Positions 8,435 through 19,955 of a stretch of DNA of 64,000 bases are shown here, in pieces (the first letter of the stretch is position 1; every line of letters begins with the position of its first letter). Location: NCBI GenBank assembly GCA_021741685.1, contig JAIOXI010000002.1, positions 604 to 64,603 of the forward strand. Reading direction: 5' to 3'. Made by a program: the position numbers and the translations under genes. The notes beneath the pieces are model-generated. The model made no database searches and was not told the DNA's origin. It worked only from the letters and a program-made list of their open reading frames with translations. The stretch comes from Rhodoluna sp. (GTDB lineage: Bacteria > Actinomycetota > Actinomycetes > Actinomycetales > Microbacteriaceae).

Positions 8435-9972
8435 TGAAAGAGTCGATTCCACCAATTCTGCGACCCGATAACGTGGTGCCAAAAGCCATGACGGCTCTGG
8501 TTGCCGACTTCGGGCTGAGCTTCGAGAATGCCGGCGAAGCTCAATTGTTTGGCATCAGCATGAACACCGCCGATCTGCGCCCCGGCGATTTGTTTGTCGC
8601 AATGCCCGGACAAAAGACTCACGGCGCGCTGTTTGCGGCGCGCGCAATCGAACTCGGTGCGGCGGCAATAGTTACCGACACCGCCGGAGCCGCTTTGCTC
8701 GAGAAGGTCGAGGTGCCGGTGGCACTTCTCGAAGAACCTCGAAAGCGATTGGGGGAGTTGGCCGCTTGGGTTTACGGCAATCTGGATGAGTTGATGCCTA
8801 CTATTTTTGCCACAACCGGAACCAACGGCAAAACCTCGACCACATATATTCTCGAGACAATCCTTCGCCAACTCGGAAAAGTGACCGGCCTCAGCTCGAC
8901 AGCAGAGCGGCACATTGCAGGCGAAGTCATTGTGTCTCGCCTCACCACTCCGGAGTCGACCGAAATGCACTCGCTGATCGCCCGCATGCGCGAAAAGAAA
9001 GTCAGCGCGATTGCAATCGAAGTATCGGCGCAAGCACTGACGCAGCTTAGAGTCGACGGACTTCGATTCGCTGTCGCCGGCTTCACCAATCTGAGCCACG
9101 ATCATCTAGATGATTACGGAGACATGCAGAACTACTTTGCGGCCAAGGCTCTCTTGCTTCAACCTCAGCATTCCAAGCGCGCAGTAGTTTGTCTCGACTC
9201 CGAGTGGGGCGAGCGAATGCTAGAGGCAGCACAGGTTCCAGTTGTTTCAATTAGTTCTGATGATTCGAAGTCAGCCGACTGGCACGTGCGCGTGTTAGAT
9301 GAGTCGCCGACTCAAACTGATTTCGAAGTGATTGCACCGAGTGGCGAATCACTGCGCTCATTTGTGACAATAATTGGCGCGCACATGGCTCATAACGCCG
9401 CACTGGCAATTGCAATGATTTGCGAGTCGGGCATTGCTTTTGACGAGGTCAAGCGCGCCGTCGAGAATGGCATTCACGCCTATCTACCTGGGCGCACAGA
9501 GCGGGTGTCTGGTGACGATGGGCCAAACGTATTTGTGGATTTTGGGCACAGTCCGGATGCCTTCTTGAACACTTTGGCTGCCGTGCGAAAAGTTACCAAG
9601 GGCAAGGTAATCATGCTCTTTGGTGCCGACGGCGATCGTGATGCAAGCAAGCGCCCGGCTATGGCCGAGGTGGCCGCGCGCGGTTGCGATGTTCTAGTGG
9701 TCACAGACCACCACCCGCGATTTGAAGATGCGGCCTCGATTCGCAAGACTCTGGTCGATTGCGCCAGAGCAGAAAGACCCGAGCTCTCAATTTTTGAGGT
9801 TAGCCCTCCCGAAGCCGCAATTCGCCAGGCGGTGTCCGCGGCGAAGCCAGGCGATTCGATTCTCTGGGCTGGTCCCGGGCATCAGGATTATCGCGACATC
9901 CGTGGGGTCAGGACCCCTTATTCGGCTCGGCAAGAGGCTCGCGACGCTTTGCGTGAGGCTGGTTGGCAATGA
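8434..9972 (+). CDS. murE: UDP-MurNAc-dipeptide:amino acid ligase MurE
   Basis: GDLFVAMPG, TGTNGKTST, LTTPES, EVSAQAL, FTNLSHDHLD; dcw position; TAATG coupling to ftsI. Confidence 0.93.
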   Translation: MKESIPPILRPDNVVPKAMTALVADFGLSFENAGEAQLFGISMNTADLRPGDLFVAMPGQKTHGALFAARAIELGAAAIVTDTAGAALLEKVEVPVALLEEPRKRLGELAAWVYGNLDELMPTIFATTGTNGKTSTTYILETILRQLGKVTGLSSTAERHIAGEVIVSRLTTPESTEMHSLIARMREKKVSAIAIEVSAQALTQLRVDGLRFAVAGFTNLSHDHLDDYGDMQNYFAAKALLLQPQHSKRAVVCLDSEWGERMLEAAQVPVVSISSDDSKSADWHVRVLDESPTQTDFEVIAPSGESLRSFVTIIGAHMAHNAALAIAMICESGIAFDEVKRAVENGIHAYLPGRTERVSGDDGPNVFVDFGHSPDAFLNTLAAVRKVTKGKVIMLFGADGDRDASKRPAMAEVAARGCDVLVVTDHHPRFEDAASIRKTLVDCARAERPELSIFEVSPPEAAIRQAVSAAKPGDSILWAGPGHQDYRDIRGVRTPYSARQEARDALREAGWQ

Positions 9973-11363
9973 TCGAGATTCGACTCTCAGAGATAGCACA
10001 TGCGATTGGCGGTGAGTTGCGCGGTGAAGACCTCTTAGTTTCTGCATCGGTAGAGACAGACTCGCGACTCGTCACAGAGGGCTCGCTTTTTGTGGCAAAG
10101 CCGGGCGAAGCCACCGATGGCCATCTCTTTGTTAAAGATGCTCTTGAAGCCGGCGCGGTCGGCGCAATAGTAGAACGCGCAGTTTCAGGCTCAGAAATTT
10201 CACAGATTATTGTCGAGGATTCTGTGCTGGCTCTTGGGCACTTGGCCAAACACGTTCTCGATGTAGTTCGCAAATCTGGAAACATAAAGGTCATCGGCAT
10301 AACCGGTTCGAACGGCAAGACCTCAACCAAGAACATGTTGCGCGAAATACTCGAGAGATCTGGCCAGACCGTTGCTCCGATCGAATCGTTCAACAACGAA
10401 GTCGGAGCTCCAATTTCGATTCTTAAGATTTCGCAAGCGACCCGATTTCTAGTGGTCGAACTTGGCGCAGATGGGCTTGGCAGCATTGACTATCTCACAA
10501 AAATTTGTCAGCCAGACATCGGTGTAGTGCTAAAAGTTGGGCTCGCACATGTCGGCGAATTCGGCAGCATCGAGACCACTTTTCAAATAAAGAGCGAGTT
10601 ACCAAGAGCGCTAGCCGCGGGAACCAAACTATTGCTAAACGCTGACGACTCTCTAGTGGCTCAGATGGCAGAAAACACCTTGGCCGAAGTGCACTGGTTT
10701 GGCACTGATTCGAGCAGTGAATTTTGGGTTGACCAGATTTCTGTAACCCTCGAAGGCACCTCATTCACAATGCATAGTGGTGACTTTGAGTCAGTCGTTA
10801 ACCTAAAGATTCTGGGTGAGCACCAGGTAATGAACGCTCTCGCCGCTCTTGGCGTTGCCAAGCTGCTTGGTTTGGATCTGTCATCAGCCGTGCTGGCTCT
10901 CGAGGGCATGGCTTTGGCCGAGCGTTGGCGCATGCAGATCCTGCCGGGAACTAACTCAAGCATTGTGATCAACGATGCCTACAACGCGAGTCCCGAATCG
11001 ATGAGGGCCGCTCTTCAAACTCTGGCCACAATCGGCCGACAGGGTCATCGCACAATTGCCGTTCTCGGCGAAATGGCGGAGCTCGGAAGTCACTCGAGGG
11101 AGCAGCACGACGCAATTGGGCGAATCGCTGTTCGTCTCAATATCGACGAGGTGGTTGTGGTTGGTGCCGGCGCCAAGCTGATTCACATGGGGGCCAGTCA
11201 AGAAGGCTCTTGGGATGGCGAATCCAAATTCTTTGACTCGATTTCCGACGCTTTGCTGCACCTGCGTGGTTTGCTTAGAGCGGGCGATGTCGTCTTGGTG
11301 AAATCATCCAAATCGGCCGAACTTAGACACCTGGGCGATGCTTTAGCGGAGGTAAACCAATGA
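9969..11363 (+). CDS. murF: UDP-MurNAc-tripeptide:D-Ala-D-Ala ligase MurF
   Basis: [48 protein letters not shown]. Confidence 0.95.
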   Translation: MIEIRLSEIAHAIGGELRGEDLLVSASVETDSRLVTEGSLFVAKPGEATDGHLFVKDALEAGAVGAIVERAVSGSEISQIIVEDSVLALGHLAKHVLDVVRKSGNIKVIGITGSNGKTSTKNMLREILERSGQTVAPIESFNNEVGAPISILKISQATRFLVVELGADGLGSIDYLTKICQPDIGVVLKVGLAHVGEFGSIETTFQIKSELPRALAAGTKLLLNADDSLVAQMAENTLAEVHWFGTDSSSEFWVDQISVTLEGTSFTMHSGDFESVVNLKILGEHQVMNALAALGVAKLLGLDLSSAVLALEGMALAERWRMQILPGTNSSIVINDAYNASPESMRAALQTLATIGRQGHRTIAVLGEMAELGSHSREQHDAIGRIAVRLNIDEVVVVGAGAKLIHMGASQEGSWDGESKFFDSISDALLHLRGLLRAGDVVLVKSSKSAELRHLGDALAEVNQ

Positions 11364-12460
11364 GAGCAGTGCTCCTCGCCGGTGGTATTTCTATGGCCCT
11401 GACTCTCTTCGCTACTCCAATCTTTATTTGGTTGTTTAGAAAACTTAACTGGGGTCAATTCATTCGTGCCGACGGGCCGGCGACTCACATCACAAAACAT
11501 GGAACGCCAACCATGGGTGGAATTGCCATAATCTTGGCAACGCTCGCCGGATATTTCTTTAGCAAGCTTGCAAACTTTGAGACCCCGACCATTTCGGCTC
11601 TTCTCGTGCTGCTAATGATGGTTGGCCTCGGTTTGGTTGGCTTCATCGATGACTACATCAAAGTGCACAAGCAGCGAAGCCTCGGTCTAACCGGTTGGCA
11701 GAAAATTCTTGGTCAGGGAATTGTTGCGGTGCTCTTTGCCTGGTTGGCTCTGCAGTTTGCGAACGACTCGGGACTTACTCCTGCCTCGACGAAAATTTCT
11801 ATTTTTAGAGACACCAACTTTGATCTGATGACATTCGGCACAGTCGCCGGGGGAATTCTGTTCATAATTTGGATTTACCTGCTGGTTGCCGGCACGTCGA
11901 ACGGGGTGAACATTGCAGACGGACTCGATGGTTTGGCCACCGGCGCAATCATCATGGCTATCGGCGCTTACTCGATTATCGGCTTCTGGCAGTTCAACCA
12001 GGCTTGTGGCACGGTTGTTGAAAATTTGGCTAGCTGCTACCAAGTGCGCGATCCTCTAGATTTGGCGGTTGTTGCATCGGCGATAGTCGGCGCTTGTGCT
12101 GGTTTTCTCTGGTGGAACACCGCCCCAGCCCAAATCTTTATGGGCGACACCGGATCTCTGGGTTTGGGTGGCGCTCTGGCTGCGTTAGCAATTCTTTCGC
12201 GAACCGAACTGTTGCTGGTTCTCATTGGAGGGATCTTTGTAATTGTCACCGGTTCGGTAATCATCCAGCGGGTGTTTTTCAAACTAACCAAGTGGAAGAC
12301 CGGCACCGGGCGAAGGGTTTTCTTGAATAGCCCGCTACATCATCACTTCGAGATGAAGGGATGGGCCGAGATCACCATCGTGGTGCGCTTCTGGATTATT
12401 TCTGGGCTGTGCGTATTGACTGGTATCGGGCTGTTCTATATCGAGTGGATTTACGGCTAA
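11360..12460 (+). CDS. mraY: Phospho-N-acetylmuramoyl-pentapeptide transferase MraY
   Basis: [40 protein letters not shown]. Confidence 0.97.
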   Translation: MRAVLLAGGISMALTLFATPIFIWLFRKLNWGQFIRADGPATHITKHGTPTMGGIAIILATLAGYFFSKLANFETPTISALLVLLMMVGLGLVGFIDDYIKVHKQRSLGLTGWQKILGQGIVAVLFAWLALQFANDSGLTPASTKISIFRDTNFDLMTFGTVAGGILFIIWIYLLVAGTSNGVNIADGLDGLATGAIIMAIGAYSIIGFWQFNQACGTVVENLASCYQVRDPLDLAVVASAIVGACAGFLWWNTAPAQIFMGDTGSLGLGGALAALAILSRTELLLVLIGGIFVIVTGSVIIQRVFFKLTKWKTGTGRRVFLNSPLHHHFEMKGWAEITIVVRFWIISGLCVLTGIGLFYIEWIYG

Positions 12461-12463
12461 ATC

Positions 12464-13918
12464 ATGCGCGCTCTAGAGCAATTATCGAGCTGGCAATCAG
12501 ATTGGAAAGACAAGAAGGCTCTCGTCTACGGCCTTGGCGCTTCGGGTTTTTCGGTTGCGGATACCTTGAATGAACTCGAATGCGAGTTACTCGTGGTCGC
12601 GAATTCAATCGACGAGCAGTATCGAGACCTGCTTTCGGTTTTGCAGATTGACTTTGCCGTTGGCGCAGAAGAGTCTGCGACTCGTGCCAAAGCGTTCATG
12701 CCCGATTTTGCCTGCGTCAGCCCTGGCATTGCACCTTCTGATCCGCTAGTTGAGTGGTTGATTCAAAAAGACATTCCGATTCTTGGAGACATTGAACTCG
12801 CTTGGAGATTGCAGGATAAGGTTCAAAGCCCCGAGTGGATCGTTATCACCGGAACAAATGGTAAGACCACAACAACCCAGCTGGTTGAGTCGATGTTGTT
12901 AGCAGATGGCAAACGCGCAATAGCCTGCGGAAACATCGGCACTCCAATCTTGGATGCAATTCGTGATCCACAGGGTTTCGACTTCTTAGTCGTTGAACTC
13001 TCAAGTTTTCAATTGCACTACTGCGGCGCAATCGAACCCAGGGTCTCGGCGCTGCTAAACATCGCCGAAGATCACATCGATTGGCACAAGACTTTCGAGG
13101 CGTATGTGCACGCGAAAGGTAAAATCTTCAACGGAACCACCGGCGCAATTATCTATAACGCCGAAGATTCGACCACGCGAAAACTAGCCGAGGCAGCCAA
13201 CGTGCGCGACGAGAACGTGCTGGCGGTTGCTTTCACCCGCGGAATGCCGGCGGATTTGCAAGTTGGCTTCGTAGAAGAATTTTTAATTGATCGCGCTTTC
13301 TATGGTTACAGGGCAGAAGAGCTGCCAGAGTTAGCGAATCTCGACGACATTGCTCAGATTGGCGTTGTCACTCCACACCTTTTGGCAAACGTGGCCGCCG
13401 CCGCCGCGATAGCAAGGGCCTGTGATGTAAAGGCAGAGTCAATCGGCAGCGCCATCCGTGAATTCAAGCAGGATAAGCACCGCATCGAGTTTGTGGCTGA
13501 TCGCGAGGGAGTTCTCTGGTTTGACGACTCAAAGGCGACCAATGCACACGCGGCAAGCGCTTCGCTGAGTTCATTCGAGTCTGTGATTTGGATTGTCGGG
13601 GGACTGCTCAAGGGTGTCGAGATTGCACCTTTGGTCGAAGCTCACAAGGATCGCCTCAAAGCTGCGGTTGTGATTGGAGTCGATCGGGTCGAGGTTTTGG
13701 CTGCGCTCGAGCAATTCGCTCCAGAATGCTCGGTATTTGAGGTTTCTGCGGCAGACAAGACCAAGGTGATGCTTCAAGCCGTTGAGAAAGCGAATTCTGT
13801 TGCCGAAGCGGGTGACGTGGTCTTGCTGGCACCAGCTGCCGCATCAATGGATCAGTTTAAAGATTATGAAGATCGCGGAAACCAGTTCGCGGCAGCTGTC
13901 AGGGGTATCAATGTCTAG
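12464..13918 (+). CDS. murD: UDP-MurNAc-L-Ala:D-Glu ligase MurD
   Basis: VSPGI, ITGTNGKTTT, GNIG, ELSSFQL, DDSKATN, LAPAAASMDQF. Confidence 0.96.
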   Translation: MRALEQLSSWQSDWKDKKALVYGLGASGFSVADTLNELECELLVVANSIDEQYRDLLSVLQIDFAVGAEESATRAKAFMPDFACVSPGIAPSDPLVEWLIQKDIPILGDIELAWRLQDKVQSPEWIVITGTNGKTTTTQLVESMLLADGKRAIACGNIGTPILDAIRDPQGFDFLVVELSSFQLHYCGAIEPRVSALLNIAEDHIDWHKTFEAYVHAKGKIFNGTTGAIIYNAEDSTTRKLAEAANVRDENVLAVAFTRGMPADLQVGFVEEFLIDRAFYGYRAEELPELANLDDIAQIGVVTPHLLANVAAAAAIARACDVKAESIGSAIREFKQDKHRIEFVADREGVLWFDDSKATNAHAASASLSSFESVIWIVGGLLKGVEIAPLVEAHKDRLKAAVVIGVDRVEVLAALEQFAPECSVFEVSAADKTKVMLQAVEKANSVAEAGDVVLLAPAAASMDQFKDYEDRGNQFAAAVRGINV

Positions 13919-15170
13919 AGTTCAGTCGGGTCGCTCACGTGTTTCAACTCCGCTAAAGCCGAAACGGTCGAAACCGAGCGGCGAACTCACGGCTAAAGCC
14001 ATAAGAGGCTTTGCGGCTTGGATTGCAAATACATTTCGAGGTCAATCAAGGGAATTCAACAACCTGCTAGGTCTTGTCATAGGTCTTGTCATCTTTGGGC
14101 TGGTCATGGTGCTTAGCGCCTCATACGTAACTTCGCAGGCCGACGGAGAAGGCGCCTTTGCGGTATTCAATAAGCAACTCTTTTGGGCTGTGGTTGGATT
14201 CGTAGTCATGGGAGTTATTTCTAGAATTTCCATTGGTTTCATTCAGCGAATGACACCAATTTTCTTTGTCGCCATGCTCGGGTTTCAGGGCTTAGTGCTA
14301 ATCATCGGAACCGAGATCTACGGAAACCGAAACTGGATTCGAATCGGAGACTTCTCGGTGCAGCCGAGTGAGTTTCTAAAAATTGCACTGCTACTTTTCA
14401 TCGCAGCCTTGCTGGTTCAGCGTCGAGACTATATCGATAACTTCAAACTTGGTTGGGTGCCGTCGCTCGCAGCCGCCGGCGTTGCCACAGGTCTCGTGAT
14501 GTTGGGTTCAGACCTTGGAACCTCGATTGTCATGTTTGGTTTTGCTTTCGTCATGATGATTCTGGCCGGCATGCCAAGCAAGCCAATCCTCTGGGTTCTC
14601 GTTTCGGCTAGCGTGCTGGCATTGGCATTCTTGAACACCGGCTCGAGACGAACCAGAATTTCGGCCTGGCTGAATCCCGACGCCGTCGACATCACGGGAG
14701 CCACCTGGCAGGCAAAGCACGGAGTCTGGGCCTTGGCCGCAGGTGGAGTTAGCGGCACCGGACTCGGCGATTCGAAGATGAAGTGGAACTGGATTCCGAT
14801 GGTCGAAAACGACTACATTTTTTCGGTTGTTGGTGAGGAATGGGGTCTGCTCGGAGCGACGGCCGTCATTCTGCTTTTCGTTTTGCTAGCTCTCGCTCTG
14901 GTTCGCATTCTCAATCGCACCGACCGCCTTCTTGAGCGGTACATCATGGTTGGCATAGTTTCTTGGATCACGCTTCAGTCGTTCATAAACATCGGCGTTG
15001 TCTTGAACTTTCTGCCGGTGCTAGGTGTTCCACTTCCTTTGATCTCGGCAGGTGGCACCTCGTTGCTTGCCACCCTGGCCACACTCGGACTCGCTTTGGG
15101 CATTGAGCGCAGAAACAATGCAGCCCAATTCACCCCTTCAGCGCGAAGAGTGAGTTCGGCGAGGCGCTAG
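13911..15170 (+). CDS. ftsW: SEDS peptidoglycan glycosyltransferase FtsW
   Basis: GLVMVLSAS, NRNWI, QPSEFLK, NDYIFSVVGEEWG, GVPLPLISAGG; start at ATG 13911 overlapping the murD end. Confidence 0.95.
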   Translation: MSRVQSGRSRVSTPLKPKRSKPSGELTAKAIRGFAAWIANTFRGQSREFNNLLGLVIGLVIFGLVMVLSASYVTSQADGEGAFAVFNKQLFWAVVGFVVMGVISRISIGFIQRMTPIFFVAMLGFQGLVLIIGTEIYGNRNWIRIGDFSVQPSEFLKIALLLFIAALLVQRRDYIDNFKLGWVPSLAAAGVATGLVMLGSDLGTSIVMFGFAFVMMILAGMPSKPILWVLVSASVLALAFLNTGSRRTRISAWLNPDAVDITGATWQAKHGVWALAAGGVSGTGLGDSKMKWNWIPMVENDYIFSVVGEEWGLLGATAVILLFVLLALALVRILNRTDRLLERYIMVGIVSWITLQSFINIGVVLNFLPVLGVPLPLISAGGTSLLATLATLGLALGIERRNNAAQFTPSARRVSSARR

Positions 15171-16240
15171 TGAGATATCTTTTGGCCGGTGGCGGCACTG
15201 GTGGTCACGTCAACCCGTTGCTTGCTCTGGCCGAGGCGATTAGAGCAGATGACGCAACCGCACAGGTTGTGGCCCTTGGCACAGCAGAGGGTCTCGAGGC
15301 CAAGTTGGTGCCAGAGCGTGGATTCGAATTGCTCACCGTCGAAAAACTGCCATTTCCGAGAAAACTAAGTATCTACGCCATTAAGTTTTTACCGCGTCTT
15401 GCCAAAGCTGTCGAAGTCTGCCGAGGCATCATCCGTGATCGAAAGATAGATGTCGTCGTGGGCTTTGGTGGTTACGCCAGCGCTCCCGCCTATCTCGCGG
15501 CTGCACTTGAACGGGTGCCGCTTGTGATTCACGAGGCAAACGCTCTGCCTGGTTTGGCAAACCGACTCGGCGCGGGAATCGCCAAGGCCATCGCGGTCTC
15601 TTTTAGAAACACCCCGCTCAAGAACGCTGTCGTCACAGGAATGCCACTCCGATCTGAAATTGTTTTGGCCGCCGCAGCGCCAGATCGCGCAAAGGCTCGC
15701 AAGCACTTCGGGCTAGATACCGATTCACCGACCCTGCTCGTTACCGGTGGATCATTGGGAGCCAAGAGAATCAACGAGGTAATCAACTCGGCCGAATCTG
15801 TGCTCGGTGCGGCTGGCATCCAGATTTTGCACATCGTCGGTGGCGGTTCTGAATTGAAGCCCCTAAAGCAAAAGGGTTACGTGCGCATGACCTACTGTGA
15901 CCGCATGGATCTGGCAATTCTCGCCGCCGATTTTGCCATCTCGCGAGCGGGCGCTTCGACGGTTTCTGAATTCAACGCGCTTGGCCTTCCCGCTCTCTAT
16001 CTGCCTTACGCGGTTGGCAACGGCGAACAGAGTCGAAACATAGAAGAGGTCGTGCGAATGAAGGGTGCCATAACCATTTCTGATTCGCAATTTGATCGCG
16101 ACTTTGTTGCCGATCACTTGGTTTCGGTCATCTCAAACACCAAGCAGTTGAAGGCGATGAGCAAAGCGGCAAAGGGTTGCGGCAATCTAGACGGCACCCA
16201 GTTGCTTCTCAAAATGGTCAAAGGTGTGTTGCCAGCTTGA
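15170..16240 (+). CDS. murG: Lipid I GlcNAc transferase MurG
   Basis: GGGTGGH, FGGY, HEANA, GGSLGA, SRAGAST. Confidence 0.97.
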   Translation: MRYLLAGGGTGGHVNPLLALAEAIRADDATAQVVALGTAEGLEAKLVPERGFELLTVEKLPFPRKLSIYAIKFLPRLAKAVEVCRGIIRDRKIDVVVGFGGYASAPAYLAAALERVPLVIHEANALPGLANRLGAGIAKAIAVSFRNTPLKNAVVTGMPLRSEIVLAAAAPDRAKARKHFGLDTDSPTLLVTGGSLGAKRINEVINSAESVLGAAGIQILHIVGGGSELKPLKQKGYVRMTYCDRMDLAILAADFAISRAGASTVSEFNALGLPALYLPYAVGNGEQSRNIEEVVRMKGAITISDSQFDRDFVADHLVSVISNTKQLKAMSKAAKGCGNLDGTQLLLKMVKGVLPA

Positions 16241-16275
16241 ACGCAGCCAAGGGGCTTAGCCTTGAGTAATCCATC

Positions 16276-17664
16276 ATGATAAAACCAGACTTCACACAAT
16301 CCGTGCCAGAGAACTTCGGCACTATTCACTTTGTCGGCATTGGCGGCTCGGGTATGAGCGGCATAGCCAAGATTTTTCTCGGCATGGGTCACCGGGTCAC
16401 CGGAAGCGACCTTAGAGACACAGACAACGTTGCCACTTTGCGTGCGCTTGGGGCAACGGTGCACATCGGGCACGACGCAAGTCACCTGGGAAGCCCCGAC
16501 ACGGTCGTGGTGACCTCTGCTCTTTGGCCAACGAACCCTGAGTACCTGCTCGCCAAGCAACTCGGTATTCCAGTAATTCATCGCTCTCAAGCACTTGCCT
16601 ATTTGACTTCAAAGAATCGAGTGATTGCGGTAGCCGGTGCGCACGGAAAAACCACCAGCACCGGAATGATCATCACGGCTCTTCTGGAGTTGGGCGAAGA
16701 TCCGAGCTTTGTTAACGGCGGAGTAATTGCGCAGCTTGACACTTCTGCAGCCAAGGGAAGTTCAAACCTGTTTGTCATCGAAGCCGATGAATCAGATGGT
16801 TCATTTCTTCACTACGAAACAGCGGTTGCTCTAATCACCAACGTCGATGCAGATCACCTCGACCACTACGGAACCGAAGATGCTTTTGAGCAAGAGTTTG
16901 CAAGGTTTGCCGCTGGCGCGAGCGAACTCGTCGTTATCAACTGCGATGACCCCGGAGCTGTGCGGGTGCGTCGGCTAATGCAGCACCCCAGAGTGTTGAC
17001 TTTTGGCTTCGATTCGGGAGCGGACTTTAGAATCTCTGATGTTGATGCATCCTCAGCCGAAGTGACCTTCAAGGTCACGCATCTCGGCCAAACACTCTCG
17101 GGCGAACTCACAATACCCGGCGAGCACAATGCGGTGAATGCGGTCGGCGCTCTGGCCGTGCTGGTTGGCCTCGGATTCGATGCCAAGAGCGCTCTGGCCG
17201 CAATCGGTTCTTTCAGAGGCACCGAGCGCAGGTTCGAATTGCACGGCGAGCGTCGCGGTGTTCGGGTCTACGACGATTTTGCCCACCATCCAACCGAAGT
17301 TGCCGCAGCGCTCAAGGCTGCTCGGGCCGTGGTTGGCTCGGGGCGTTTGATTACCGTTTTTCAGCCTCACCTCTACAGCCGCACGCGCCTGATGCACGCC
17401 GAATTCGCCGAGTCTCTGGCTCTCAGCGACGAGGTGGTTGTGCTCGACATTTATGCGGCCCGCGAAGACCCCGAACCTGGCGTAACCGGCATCTTGGTTG
17501 CCAACTCTTTTGCCAATCAAGCTCAAGTGCACTACGTCGAGAATTGGGATGACGCACCTGCAGTGGTCGCTGAAATTGCCACGCCTGGCGACTTCATCAT
17601 CACCATGGGCTGTGGAGATGTTTATCGCATGGTGCCGCAGCTTCTTCAGGCCCTCGAGAACTAA
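16276..17664 (+). CDS. murC: UDP-N-acetylmuramate:amino acid ligase MurC
   Basis: [46 protein letters not shown]. Confidence 0.97.
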   Translation: MIKPDFTQSVPENFGTIHFVGIGGSGMSGIAKIFLGMGHRVTGSDLRDTDNVATLRALGATVHIGHDASHLGSPDTVVVTSALWPTNPEYLLAKQLGIPVIHRSQALAYLTSKNRVIAVAGAHGKTTSTGMIITALLELGEDPSFVNGGVIAQLDTSAAKGSSNLFVIEADESDGSFLHYETAVALITNVDADHLDHYGTEDAFEQEFARFAAGASELVVINCDDPGAVRVRRLMQHPRVLTFGFDSGADFRISDVDASSAEVTFKVTHLGQTLSGELTIPGEHNAVNAVGALAVLVGLGFDAKSALAAIGSFRGTERRFELHGERRGVRVYDDFAHHPTEVAAALKAARAVVGSGRLITVFQPHLYSRTRLMHAEFAESLALSDEVVVLDIYAAREDPEPGVTGILVANSFANQAQVHYVENWDDAPAVVAEIATPGDFIITMGCGDVYRMVPQLLQALEN

Positions 17665-17665
17665 G

Positions 17666-18589
17666 TTGAAAAGACCGACCCGCCCAACTGCTGCGTCAAG
17701 CACTTCAAAGAAAAATTCTCGGCCGGCTCGAGTTGGTGCAATCAGGATTTCTAGACCGATCGACAAGAAACCCACCCGCCGACCGCCGGCTAAAAATGCA
17801 AAAACTAAGGTCACGCTAAAGAGTGCGGTGACTCGACTGTTTTCTTGGCGCGCCGCTCGAAACCTCTCTGCCGACGGAGTTATTCGATTTAGAGCCAAGC
17901 CAAAGCAGTTTCGAATTGTCATGTTCTCGCTGCTCGGGTCATTTGTCGCACTTCTGCTTTTGGTTTTGGCAACGGCCTTTACCCCGTTGCTAGCGGTCGA
18001 AAACATCCGTGTTTCTGGAATTTCAAAAATCTCGCAGAAGGCGGTCGAGAAAGCCGTTAGCTCTCAGATTGGCGTTCCATTGCCCTTGGTTTCATCGCAA
18101 GCGGTCGCCGATGCGCTCAGCGATTTTTCGCTCATCGAGAGTTTTTCAATAGTCAGTGAACTACCGCACACTCTGCACATCGCAATTTCTGAGCGTCAGC
18201 CAATTGCAGTTGTAGATATCAGGGGAGTGAGCTATCTGTATGACCCGGCAGGAGTTCGCATCGGCGAGGCCACCTACAAAGATCAACTTCCACGAATTGC
18301 CGTAAACGGCGAACCAAAGAGCAACAAAACCTTTGCGCTAGCCATCGATGTGCTTTTAGCGCTGCCAGCGAGCCTGTTGCCTAGGGTCTCGCAAATCGAT
18401 GCGAAATCGAAAGACGATGTGACCATGCAACTTCGTGGCAATTCGGGCCAAAGAATTATTTGGGGAGACTCTGGGCAAAGCGCACTTAAGTCAAAGGTGC
18501 TGGCCGCACTAATCAAGAATCAAAAAAAGACCGATCGCGTGACTTTCGATGTGTCGTCACCGACGGCGCCGGTGGTTCGTTACCGCTAA
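17666..18589 (+). CDS. ftsQ: Cell division protein FtsQ/DivIB
   Basis: Basic cytoplasmic N-terminus, one TM, POTRA-like segment (V.NIRVSG...LPHTLHIAISERQP), IWGDS...K, C-terminal DVSSP; start placed at TTG 17666 after the murC stop. Confidence 0.9.
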   Translation: MKRPTRPTAASSTSKKNSRPARVGAIRISRPIDKKPTRRPPAKNAKTKVTLKSAVTRLFSWRAARNLSADGVIRFRAKPKQFRIVMFSLLGSFVALLLLVLATAFTPLLAVENIRVSGISKISQKAVEKAVSSQIGVPLPLVSSQAVADALSDFSLIESFSIVSELPHTLHIAISERQPIAVVDIRGVSYLYDPAGVRIGEATYKDQLPRIAVNGEPKSNKTFALAIDVLLALPASLLPRVSQIDAKSKDDVTMQLRGNSGQRIIWGDSGQSALKSKVLAALIKNQKKTDRVTFDVSSPTAPVVRYR

Positions 18590-18664
18590 GACACGCCCAC
18601 GGATGTGCGCTGAATAGCACCTTTCAGGCCGTAGTTTCTAGGCGCAATCGAAACTACTTTGCAT

Positions 18665-18693
18665 ACTTTAAGCCTCATGTAGAGGTTTAAAGT
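18665..18693. promoter_or_regulatory. Imperfect palindrome upstream of ftsZ (FtsR/MerR-type operator-like)
   Basis: ACTTTAAGCCTC-ATGTA-GAGGTTTAAAGT, 50 bp upstream of the ftsZ start. Confidence 0.55.
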
Positions 18694-18742
18694 CGGCGAT
18701 TGATTGTGGTGCAAATGCACCTGGCTTAGTCGGAGGAAACTC

Positions 18743-19948
18743 GTGGGTTTGAATCAGAACTACTTAGCGGTAATCAAAGTTGTTGGCGTCGGCGGTGCTG
18801 GCGGCAACGCCGTCAATCGCATGATCGAGGCCGGCCAGCGTGGCGTTGAGTTTGTGGCTATCAACACTGACGCACAAGACCTCATCATGTGCGAGGCCGA
18901 CGTAAAGCTAGACATAGGCCGAGAACTAACCGGTGGTCTAGGTGCCGGCGCTGACCCAATGGTTGGAAAGCGTGCCGCAGAAGATCACGAAGAAGAAATC
19001 GAACTGGCGCTTCGCGGTTCAGACATGGTTTTTGTAACTGCGGGTGCAGGAGGTGGCACCGGTACCGGCGCGGCTCCGGTGGTAGCCAAAATTGCTAAGC
19101 GCCTCGGTGCGCTAACCGTTGGCGTCGTAACTCGTCCATTTGCCGTCGAAGGCAAGCGTCGTGCCGAGAATGCAAATGTTGGAATTGAAGCTTTGCGCGC
19201 AGAAGTCGACACACTAATTGTTGTTCCAAACGAGAGACTTCTCGACCTGACTAACCCTTCGCTGAGTATGGTCGAAGCGTTCAGCAAAGCAGACGATGTT
19301 TTGCGAGCCGGCGTTCAGGGCATCACAGACCTAATCGTGACACCGGGGCTAATCAACGTTGACTTTGCCGATGTGCGCTCTGTCATGCAGGGTGCGGGTT
19401 CGGCTCTAATGGGCATCGGAACCGCCAAGGGCGAAGACCGTGCAATTCGCGCCGCAGAAGCAGCCATTTCCAGCCCGTTGCTAGAAACCACAATCGATGG
19501 TGCACACGGCGTCTTGATTTTGGTTCAGGGCGCATCGGACATGCGTCTGCACGAGGTCAACGAAGCAGTTCGAATGATTAACGAAGCGGTTAGCCCAGAA
19601 GCCAACATCATCTTCGGTGCAACAATCGACGACACCCTTGGTGACGAGATCGTGATTACCGTAGTCGCAGCCGGTTTCGACCCCGCGACACAGCGCAGCA
19701 GACCAATCGAGCGTCGCCCAGTTGCCGAAGATGTTCCCCGAGTCGGAGGTTTCGAATTGACCGGCGCTACAGCAGCGGCGGTAACCGCAACCGCGGGCGG
19801 CTTTGGTCTCTTCAACGAGACAGAAGAATCGGTTTCTGAAGCCACCGGAGTAATTGAGACTGTGGCCGATGAGGTAATCCAGTTTCCGGGTCAGCCTGCT
19901 GACCAGGGCTTCGGCGACGATCTAGACATCCCTGATTTCTTAAAGTAA
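18743..19948 (+). CDS. ftsZ: Cell division GTPase FtsZ
   Basis: [20 protein letters not shown] tubulin signature, NVDFAD, C-terminal DLDIPDFLK; GGAGG RBS before GTG 18743. Confidence 0.99.
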   Translation: MGLNQNYLAVIKVVGVGGAGGNAVNRMIEAGQRGVEFVAINTDAQDLIMCEADVKLDIGRELTGGLGAGADPMVGKRAAEDHEEEIELALRGSDMVFVTAGAGGGTGTGAAPVVAKIAKRLGALTVGVVTRPFAVEGKRRAENANVGIEALRAEVDTLIVVPNERLLDLTNPSLSMVEAFSKADDVLRAGVQGITDLIVTPGLINVDFADVRSVMQGAGSALMGIGTAKGEDRAIRAAEAAISSPLLETTIDGAHGVLILVQGASDMRLHEVNEAVRMINEAVSPEANIIFGATIDDTLGDEIVITVVAAGFDPATQRSRPIERRPVAEDVPRVGGFELTGATAAAVTATAGGFGLFNETEESVSEATGVIETVADEVIQFPGQPADQGFGDDLDIPDFLK

Positions 19949-19955
19949 AGCTTCG

